NCBI GenBank assembly: GCA_963833225.1
Contig: CAWHXD010000008.1
Coordinates: 64,001-128,000 of the forward strand
Length of the DNA stretch: 64,000 nucleotides
Origin: an uncultured Chloroflexia bacterium
GTDB taxonomy: Bacteria; Chloroflexota; Limnocylindria; Limnocylindrales; CSP1-4
Reading direction: 5' to 3'
In this document: positions 10,062 to 17,119 of the stretch, one piece after another
Layout of the letters: each line of letters opens with the position of its first letter
Position numbering within the stretch: the stretch's first letter is position 1
The notes under the pieces: model-generated
What the model was told of the DNA's origin: nothing
What the model saw: only the letters and a program-made list of their open reading frames with translations
Database searches by the model: none
Translations under genes and position numbers: made by a program

Positions 10062-11059
10062 TCAGACCAGCCCCACCTCGAGGAGGACCTTGCCCCGCGC
10101 CAGGCCGTCGTCGACGCGGCGGAGCGCTTCGGCAACCTCCGACAATGGAAACCGGCTGTCGATGGCCGGCCGCAGGTGTCCCTCGAGCACGAGGCCGGTC
10201 AGCGTGGCGACGTCCGCCGCCAGGAACGGCTTCCACCACAGCATCATGCCGGTCCGCCGGCTGCCCGCGAGGCTGACCACGGGGCCGACCAGCATGGCAT
10301 CGACCAGCGAGCGGCTACTCCCGCCGAGGGTCACGTATCGCCCGCCGGGTCGCAGCGCGCGCCGCACGTGGAGCATCGAGTGGTGCGACTCCGCGGCCAG
10401 GATCCAGTCGTAGCGGATCCGTCCGTCGAACGCGTCGCGGGTGGTGTAGTCGATCACCTCGTCGGCGCCCATCGACCGGACGAAGTCCATCTTGGCGGCG
10501 CTGCACACGCCGGTGACCTCGGCGCCCATCCACTTCGCCAGCTGGATGGCAAACGGACCGACATTGCCCGAGGCGCCGTCGATCAGGACCCGCGAGCCAG
10601 CTCGCACCGTGGTGCCGTCACGCCCGCGCAACCCCTGGATGGCCAGGATCGCAGCGTGCGGCAATGTCGCGGCCATGTCGCTGCTGATCCCGTCGGGGAT
10701 CGGCTGGAAGGCTCGCTCCGGCGCGCACGCGTACTCGGCGAACGCCCCCGATCCGAAGGGGTACAGGTCCGCGAACACCCGGTCCCCGGGCTTGAACCGG
10801 GTCACCGCCGGCCCGACGGCGGCCACGGTTCCCGCGGCGTCGCTGCCGAGGCGCGGATCGCGCGGCCGGCGCGGCCCGAGGGCCAGCCGCATGATCCCGG
10901 GCTTGGGCCACATGAGATCGAGGTCGGCGCGGTTGACCGAGGCGGCCTCGACGCGAAGGAGCACCTCGTCGCCCTGGGCTCGGGGATGGCGACGGGCTCG
11001 ACCCTGACCACGTCCGGACCGCCGTACCGGTCACGGGTGACTGCCAGCATGCGTTCCAT
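10062..11059 (-). CDS. NAD(P)-dependent zinc-type alcohol dehydrogenase/quinone oxidoreductase (frameshift near 10975)
   Basis: RYGGPDVV N-terminus, LGSDAAG, IDGASGNVG, GADEVIDY, ARGKV. Confidence 0.85.
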
Positions 11060-11111
11060 GGGGTCCATCATAGGCTCGGCGCAAGAAGGGTTGACGCCGG
11101 CGACTTGGCGT

Positions 11112-11135
11112 AGTATTACTGCGCTCAGTAATACT
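11112..11135. promoter_or_regulatory. Operator inverted repeat upstream of vapBC
   Basis: AGTATTACT-N6-AGTAATACT perfect 9-bp inverted repeat; TTGACG at 11091-11096. Confidence 0.7.
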
Positions 11136-11146
11136 GGAGATGACCG

Positions 11147-11386
11147 ATGCGGATCACGTCAAAGGGGCAGGTGACCATTCCCCAGGACATCCGGGAGCGG
11201 GCGGGCTTCCTGCCCAACACGGACGTCGACTTCGTGCTCGATGGGGACCTCGTGTACCTCGTCAAGTCCTCGGAGCGGCGGCGTCCGACGCGGGGCGACA
11301 TGCTGATTGGTCATCTGCAGCGGCGCCGTGGCCGCATCACGATGACGACAGACGAGATCATGGCGCTCACGAGGGGCGATGAATGA
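11147..11386 (+). CDS. vapB: AbrB/MazE/SpoVT-family antitoxin
   Basis: MRITSKGQVTIP AbrB signature; overlaps the PIN toxin start. Confidence 0.9.
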   Translation: MRITSKGQVTIPQDIRERAGFLPNTDVDFVLDGDLVYLVKSSERRRPTRGDMLIGHLQRRRGRITMTTDEIMALTRGDE

Positions 11387-11790
11387 CCCCCATTCTCGTT
11401 GACAGCAACGTCCTGATCGACGTGCTCGACGAGCCCGGGCCCTGGACATCGTGGTCGACAGACGCCCTGCGCCAGGCGGCCAATCAGGCCGAGATCGTGA
11501 TCAACCCGATCGTGTTCGGGGAGGTCTCGATGGGCTTTCCGACGGTCGAAGCTGTCGACGACGCGCTTCCGCCCGCCTGGATCCGTCGAGAGGACATCCC
11601 GTACCCCGCGGCCTTCCTCGCAGGCCGGTGCTTCCTCGACTACCGCCGTCGCGGCGGGTCGCGGAGCACGCCGCTGCCGGATTTCTACATTGGCGCTCAC
11701 GCCGCCGTGGCCGGCTATCGCCTCCTGACCCGTGACGCCGCGCGGTATCGCACGTACTTTCCTCGGCTCAGCCTCATCTCACCGGAATGA
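11383..11790 (+). CDS. vapC: VapC PIN-domain toxin
   Basis: LVDSNVLID, PLPDFYIGAHA, LLTRD acidic PIN motifs. Confidence 0.92.
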   Translation: MTPILVDSNVLIDVLDEPGPWTSWSTDALRQAANQAEIVINPIVFGEVSMGFPTVEAVDDALPPAWIRREDIPYPAAFLAGRCFLDYRRRGGSRSTPLPDFYIGAHAAVAGYRLLTRDAARYRTYFPRLSLISPE

Positions 11791-11829
11791 CCGCACACCG
11801 GTCCCAAGGGCTCTCCCAGTGCGATTGGC

Positions 11830-11857
11830 ACTTCCGATAAGGTAAGTTATGTCTCGC
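11830..11857. other. dif-like XerC/D recombination site
   Basis: ACTTCCGATAA-GGTAAG-TTATGTCTCGC, an 11-6-11 layout with ATAA-N6-TTAT core; AT-rich in a very GC-rich background. Confidence 0.55.
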
Positions 11858-12747
11858 TATGTGCGCAGAACCGAGTGCAGAAAGCGCACGGCTCCTTCGA
11901 CCCGGGCCCGAATTAGGTTGAGGTGGGACATATCGAATACGCCCGACGAGCCGTGCGTACCGGCGTTGAATACCTTGAAGAGTTCAATCACCTCATCGAC
12001 GTCTGCTTCAGCGAATGCCGCGAGCGCTTCGGAGGGGCGGCCGGATCGGGCGAGGCAGTATCGAAGGCGAGCTCGTCGGGTTGGTCGGCCATCATGCGCG
12101 AGCGCAGCGTCCGGTTCCCACTGAAGGACCTCCACATCCGGTGCCTCCCGCTCAATGATCCTCGTGAGAATCTCCCTGGAGCTGGACGAGAAGTGGCGCG
12201 CCGCATCCGGGTTTCTTGGGCTGAGGGCAAAGAGCGCTCCGCGCCATCGGGTCGCAAGGTCCACCTCGAAGTCCGCCAAGCGCGCCTCGATCGCTGGGTC
12301 CGTCGCCGGCGCTGGATCGATGTCAGACCCCGGCCTGTCCGCACGCGCCAACGCCAGACTGTTCGAGGCTTCGTTCTGCGCTAGGTCGAGGATGTCAGGC
12401 CGGGACTCGAGCCAGGTGCCCATGGCGGCACTCTCGACCGCCTCGTAGCTCGCATGGAGACCTACAACCGCTCGGTAGTACGTGCTGGATCGCACCACAG
12501 TGCTGGGCGTGGACAGCTGCTGGAGCGAGGCTTTCAGCCTCCGACGGTTCTCGAGAACACGAGCGTTGTGGGCGCGAGCCTCGCGGTTGTAGGCATCCAC
12601 GCTCTGTCGGAGCTGGCGTTGTTGCTGTCGGACCTCGTCGTTGTGCCGCCTGACGGCTTGGTTGTACTTGTTGATCGCCTGCTGCTGACGCTGAGCTGCC
12701 TGCCGAAGCATCGAGGAATACTGACTAGGAGTCACTCGCCTGACCAC
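11857..12747 (-). CDS. Coiled-coil plus predicted pPIWI-associating nuclease-like (HEPN-like) domain protein
   Basis: Q-rich N-terminal coiled coil; NPDAARHFSSSSREIL and FNAGTHG resemble that family (recalled, not searched); lower GC. Confidence 0.6.
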   Translation of the reverse strand: MVRRVTPSQYSSMLRQAAQRQQQAINKYNQAVRRHNDEVRQQQRQLRQSVDAYNREARAHNARVLENRRRLKASLQQLSTPSTVVRSSTYYRAVVGLHASYEAVESAAMGTWLESRPDILDLAQNEASNSLALARADRPGSDIDPAPATDPAIEARLADFEVDLATRWRGALFALSPRNPDAARHFSSSSREILTRIIEREAPDVEVLQWEPDAALAHDGRPTRRARLRYCLARSGRPSEALAAFAEADVDEVIELFKVFNAGTHGSSGVFDMSHLNLIRARVEGAVRFLHSVLRT

Positions 12748-12786
12748 GTTGCTGCTCCTGCATAGGCGGCTTGGTGTGGGGCGAAT

Positions 12787-12800
12787 GGTACATCCGTTCT
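12787..12800. promoter_or_regulatory. Possible LexA (SOS) box overlapping the -10 of the nuclease gene
   Basis: Minus strand AGAAC-GGAT-GTACC, one mismatch from GAAC-N4-GTTC; TACCAT -10 at 12790-12785. Confidence 0.45.
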
Positions 12801-12860
12801 AACCACTTCGTCGAGGCGGCGGGAGGCGTGGATGAGAGTCCCTGCCGGCTGCGAGTGTTC

Positions 12861-13592
12861 CTACTCCGCGCCGTCCGGCGGCCCGGCCTCAGAGGGCGAC
12901 CCGCCATCCGAAGTTGGCGTCGCGGCTGCGCTGCGTCGATTTGCTCGCGCTGCCGCGCGCGCAGCCCGTTCCTGTTGCCACTCATCGAACCGCACCCGTA
13001 GGTCGTAGATGATCTCCATCAGAGCCTGAAGGAAATCGAGCGCGTACCGGGCGTCTCGGGCCGAGACGCGATCACCGGCGTGCGCTCCCTCGTTTCTGAC
13101 AATTCGCAGCCCATCGCCCCAGGTGCGCAACTCCTCGCTGATGGCACCCGCGTCGAGCATCTTCTTCAGGCCGTCGTGTATAGACCGAGACGAGGGATCG
13201 AAGTCGAGGCAGATGGCCTCCAGCGCTCGGCCCGCCATGGTGGCAACGGCGGTCCATGCCGTGGCCTCTTCGCAGCGAACAGCTTCGTCGTAACTGTGGC
13301 GCACATGCCTCGGCACCGCGAACGTGATGCGGCGGGCGTCGAATGGAAACTCGAGCACATACCTTGAAGTCTCGAAGGCGTTACTTTCCTCGTCGAACTC
13401 CCGCCGGAGGAGGAGCGGAAGAGAACACCCGGAGCAGACCGCATAGGTGAACTCCTCAGGATCGGACTCGCCGTCCCATCGGGTGTGCCGGCTGGCGACG
13501 CGGAACATTCGTGGTTGACCGCACTCTGGACACACATACGCCAGATCAGGCTTGCGCGGGGTGGCATCTTCGTCTGCGGAATCGTCAGGCAT
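12861..13592 (-). CDS. DUF4145-like (HEPN) protein with N-terminal zinc ribbon
   Basis: CPEC...CSGC; YDEAVRC, GRALEAIC, HEPN R-x4-H motif RNEGAH. Confidence 0.8.
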   Translation of the reverse strand: MPDDSADEDATPRKPDLAYVCPECGQPRMFRVASRHTRWDGESDPEEFTYAVCSGCSLPLLLRREFDEESNAFETSRYVLEFPFDARRITFAVPRHVRHSYDEAVRCEEATAWTAVATMAGRALEAICLDFDPSSRSIHDGLKKMLDAGAISEELRTWGDGLRIVRNEGAHAGDRVSARDARYALDFLQALMEIIYDLRVRFDEWQQERAARAAARANRRSAAATPTSDGGSPSEAGPPDGAE

Positions 13593-16206
13593 CAGGTACG
13601 ACCTTCGAGGTTGCGACTACCTTCATGACCTCGTCGCCGTAGTGGTTGATGACCTTCACAGCCACCTTGCCGGTGCGGGGCCGCGGGAACGGACGGGAGA
13701 CGGTGGAGTTGATCGTGGCCCAGGCTTCATCGCTGATGTCGGCGCGGAGGGCGCGGCGGAGCTTGTCGTAGGGGTCGTCGGCGCCCGTGAAGTAGGCGTG
13801 GCGGACGAAGAAGGCGTCGCCGTCGTAGTTGGTGTCCAGGAACCAGGCGGCGATGTCGTCGACCGAGGAGGAGCGGAGCTCGCCGGTGGTGGGGTCATAG
13901 ACGTCGAGGCCGCGGATCTCCACCTGGAGCTGTCCTTCCCCCACCGGGCGGACGTCGATGTCGGGCTCGCCGAAGACCATGAACAGGTTGCCGGTGCCGG
14001 TCTTCTTGAGGAGCTCGTCCCCCATCGCGAGGTCGGGGTTCATGCGCGCCTGGAGGATGGTGAGGCGGCCGAGGGTGCTGGCCTCCTCCCCCGCCAGCGG
14101 GTCGAAGGCGAAGCCGCACACGACCAGCAGGTCCGCAAAGTGAACGGCCTCCTTGGCGGCGTCGCGGATGAGCTCGGGACCGACGGTGCCGAACTCGGGG
14201 CCGATGGCGATGGCGACGGTCCGCGCCTGGCCGGCCTCGGTGTACTCCCCCACTCCCTGGACGAAGACGCCGGGGTATGGGTCAAGGCGGAGGAACTCGA
14301 GGCGCTCCTTGCGCTTCGTGTTCTGGACGCCGGCGCGACGAAGGTTGTCGAGGATGCTGCCGATGAAGCGGCCGGCATCGACCGCGGCCGGGATCGCCTC
14401 GGCGGCGGGCACGTCCTCCGGGCCGTCGACGTTGACGCGGTGGGGCGACAGGCTCTCGACGGTGAAGGGACCCGAGACGCGGACGATCTTGCGGTCCTCG
14501 TACGGGCGGTCGAACAGGGTCTCGGTGTCCGCGTGGCGGGCGATGGCGGCGTCGATCTCCTCGCGGGTCATGCCCTCGTGGATGTCCGGGTTCTGGGCGA
14601 TCGACTTGAGGGTGACATGCGGGACGCGCTCGTACACGAAGCCGCGGCGGATGTCGTTGGTGGGTCGCTCAAGCGTTAGCGAGTGAGCCTGGCCGGTGAC
14701 GTCGGCCTCCTTGCGGATGCCGGCTTCGGAGTCGGCGAGGAGGTAGTACGGGAACTTTGCGGCCATCAAACGGGAACGGGCCAGCGCGAGCGCGACGCGG
14801 CTCGTGTCGATCGTGATCCAGCGGCGGCCCCACTGCTCGGCGACGTACGCGGTGGTGCCGGAGCCGCAGGTCGGGTCGAGGACGAGGTCACCGGGGTCTG
14901 TCGTCATAAGCACGCACCGCTCAGCAGCCTTCGTGCCGGTCTGAACGACATAGATCTTCTCATCAGTGAATTGACCGGTCGCTGTGTCATCCCACAGCTG
15001 AGTGATTGGCACGTATGGGAAGTCATCGATATAGCGCACGTATCGAATTGAGTTGGAAGCGAGGTGTAGCCGTCGCGCTGCCGCAATCCGCGCTAGTCCG
15101 ACGGCCGTCGTCTTCCATGGCCTTGTATAGGCCTTGCCTTCGTATTCGAATGAGAACTCGGGGTTGCCCTGTGAACTCATGTCAGCAGGTACGTACCGGC
15201 GCGATCCTGCAGGAAGCGCCATGGCTCCGATTCGCTCTTGGCTGGCCAGTCCTCGCCGCGATCCATCCGGGAACTCGATCCAGTTGTAGGTGTCGGCGGT
15301 TCCTTCGTCCGTCGACTTGACTCGATAAAGTTGGCGATACTTGGCAGCATCCTTGTCGCGTGCGTACCAGAGAATGAAGTCGAAGCGCGCGGCCAGGAAC
15401 GAACTCGCGAGCCCCGTCGTCTTGGCGAATGCGATGTGCGCGCACAAGTTCGAAGCGCCAAACACCTCGTCGAGAAGGCTACGAACGAGGTGCACGTTCT
15501 CGTCACCGATCTGCACGAAGAGCGAACCTGAATCGGTCAGCAACTCTCGTGCCACGGCTAGCCGATCGCGCAGGTACGCGAGGTACGAGTGGATCCCAAG
15601 TTCCCACGTGTCTCGATATGCGCGCACCTGTTCCGGTTGGCGCGTGAGGTCGGAGTCCTTCCCGTCCCGGACGTCGCGCTTACGCGTCGAGACCTGCCAG
15701 TTCGAGCCGAACTTGATCCCGTAGGGCGGATCGATATAGATGGTCTGGACCTGGCCCTTGAGGCCTTCCTTCTCGGCGAGGCTCGTCATCACCAGCAGCG
15801 AGTCGCCCAGGATCATTCGGTTGGACCACTTGCCGGGGTGTCGGTAGAACTCGACCTTCTCCTTGAACGTGAGGTCCGTGTACGGCGCGAAGAAGCCGAG
15901 CTGCTCCTCGGTTTGCCGGCCCTGGCTCTCGGCGCGGAGCTCCTCGACGAGCGCCAGTGGGTCGATGGTCTCCTGGATGTAGATCGGGACCGCGGGGACC
16001 TCCAGGTCGTGGCTGTCCTGCTCGTCCTTGCCCTTCCAGACGAGCTGCGGATCCAGATCCGGGTTCCGGGGGTAGCGCACGATCGCTGGCCTCTTCTCCT
16101 CGGGGCGGGCGAACGACTCGAGCTCGGCGGTGGGGATGTTGGAGCGCGTGTCGCCCGGGTGCGTGGTCGCCCGGACCGGCGTGCTCGGCCTAATCCTGTC
16201 AGCCAC
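13585..16206 (-). CDS. mod: Type III R-M adenine methyltransferase (Mod)
   Basis: YIDPPYGIKF catalytic motif, VLDPTCGSGTT SAM-binding motif, C-terminal VAVKVINHYGDE. Confidence 0.92.
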   Translation of the reverse strand: MADRIRPSTPVRATTHPGDTRSNIPTAELESFARPEEKRPAIVRYPRNPDLDPQLVWKGKDEQDSHDLEVPAVPIYIQETIDPLALVEELRAESQGRQTEEQLGFFAPYTDLTFKEKVEFYRHPGKWSNRMILGDSLLVMTSLAEKEGLKGQVQTIYIDPPYGIKFGSNWQVSTRKRDVRDGKDSDLTRQPEQVRAYRDTWELGIHSYLAYLRDRLAVARELLTDSGSLFVQIGDENVHLVRSLLDEVFGASNLCAHIAFAKTTGLASSFLAARFDFILWYARDKDAAKYRQLYRVKSTDEGTADTYNWIEFPDGSRRGLASQERIGAMALPAGSRRYVPADMSSQGNPEFSFEYEGKAYTRPWKTTAVGLARIAAARRLHLASNSIRYVRYIDDFPYVPITQLWDDTATGQFTDEKIYVVQTGTKAAERCVLMTTDPGDLVLDPTCGSGTTAYVAEQWGRRWITIDTSRVALALARSRLMAAKFPYYLLADSEAGIRKEADVTGQAHSLTLERPTNDIRRGFVYERVPHVTLKSIAQNPDIHEGMTREEIDAAIARHADTETLFDRPYEDRKIVRVSGPFTVESLSPHRVNVDGPEDVPAAEAIPAAVDAGRFIGSILDNLRRAGVQNTKRKERLEFLRLDPYPGVFVQGVGEYTEAGQARTVAIAIGPEFGTVGPELIRDAAKEAVHFADLLVVCGFAFDPLAGEEASTLGRLTILQARMNPDLAMGDELLKKTGTGNLFMVFGEPDIDVRPVGEGQLQVEIRGLDVYDPTTGELRSSSVDDIAAWFLDTNYDGDAFFVRHAYFTGADDPYDKLRRALRADISDEAWATINSTVSRPFPRPRTGKVAVKVINHYGDEVMKVVATSKVVPDA

Positions 16207-16480
16207 CGCTTACCCCTTGCTCATCTCGCGCGTGCCGTCGCACCCACAGCAGCCTCAGGGTGATGATCGCGACGTATCCGGCCCCAACCGCAATCAGGAG
16301 CGGCAGGGTGTGCCACAACCAGACCGCGTCATTCACCGTGGCCTGGGCGGCCTCGCAGGCGCTCGATCGACCCACCAGCCGCATGCACGGGAGGAGCATC
16401 GACGCGTCGCCAAGATCGAACAGCACGACCCACAGGGCTGCGAGCGTCCACAGTGCGATCGCCACCCCGAATGCCTTCAT
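16199..16480 (-). CDS. Small two-TM membrane protein inserted upstream of mod
   Basis: SD GGAGG, MKAFGVAIAL start, two hydrophobic segments; stop overlaps the mod start. Confidence 0.55.
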   Translation of the reverse strand: MKAFGVAIALWTLAALWVVLFDLGDASMLLPCMRLVGRSSACEAAQATVNDAVWLWHTLPLLIAVGAGYVAIITLRLLWVRRHARDEQGVSGG

Positions 16481-16645
16481 CGCGTGGAGCCCTCCAGGGC
16501 GGGATCGTCTCTCGAGCAAGCATGTCTGCGTGAAGTGGTCGTGGCTACGGTCCGGCCGTGATCCGCGTCACGTGGCAGCCCGAGAAGGATGCTGTTGCCA
16601 TCGACGGTAGTATCCGTGTCATCTCCGCACGGCGCCCCACTGGGC

Positions 16646-17119
16646 GTGAACGACGTGCGCACGCAACGCAACGTCCGCCGGCATGAGCCCGCGCCGCCCA
16701 TCGGCGGCGACCTGTCGTACTGGTCGACTGTGCCGCCTGGCGACGCGCGGCCAGGCCTGAGCGATCCCGATCCCAACGTGAGGCTCCGCGCCGCACTCCT
16801 GCCACCACACACGTGGCATGTCGACGGCATCGAGGCGTTCTGGATCGAGTCGGACGACGGGTCGGTCCTCAGCCTCGAGTTCCCTGACACGGGGCCGGCG
16901 TACGAGGCCGCCCGGCCCCTGCTGGTCGCGGCGGACAAGCCGGATGCCATTGCGCTCATCGGCCGTCGTCCTGACGGGCGCACCGTGGAGCTGATGCGCG
17001 GGGCCTTCCTCCTCAACATCGCCGAAGCCCACCTCGGGTTTCCGGCCCGATCCCGACGCCCGGACGCGATCCATCCCGTCACAGCTGAGCCTTCGCCGGT
17101 GCGAGGAAGCGACTCCTGA
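16646..17119 (+). CDS. Hypothetical protein antisense within the R-M operon
   Basis: High GC at third codon positions; globular composition; 3' end overlaps the res 3' end. Confidence 0.55.
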   Translation: MNDVRTQRNVRRHEPAPPIGGDLSYWSTVPPGDARPGLSDPDPNVRLRAALLPPHTWHVDGIEAFWIESDDGSVLSLEFPDTGPAYEAARPLLVAADKPDAIALIGRRPDGRTVELMRGAFLLNIAEAHLGFPARSRRPDAIHPVTAEPSPVRGSDS

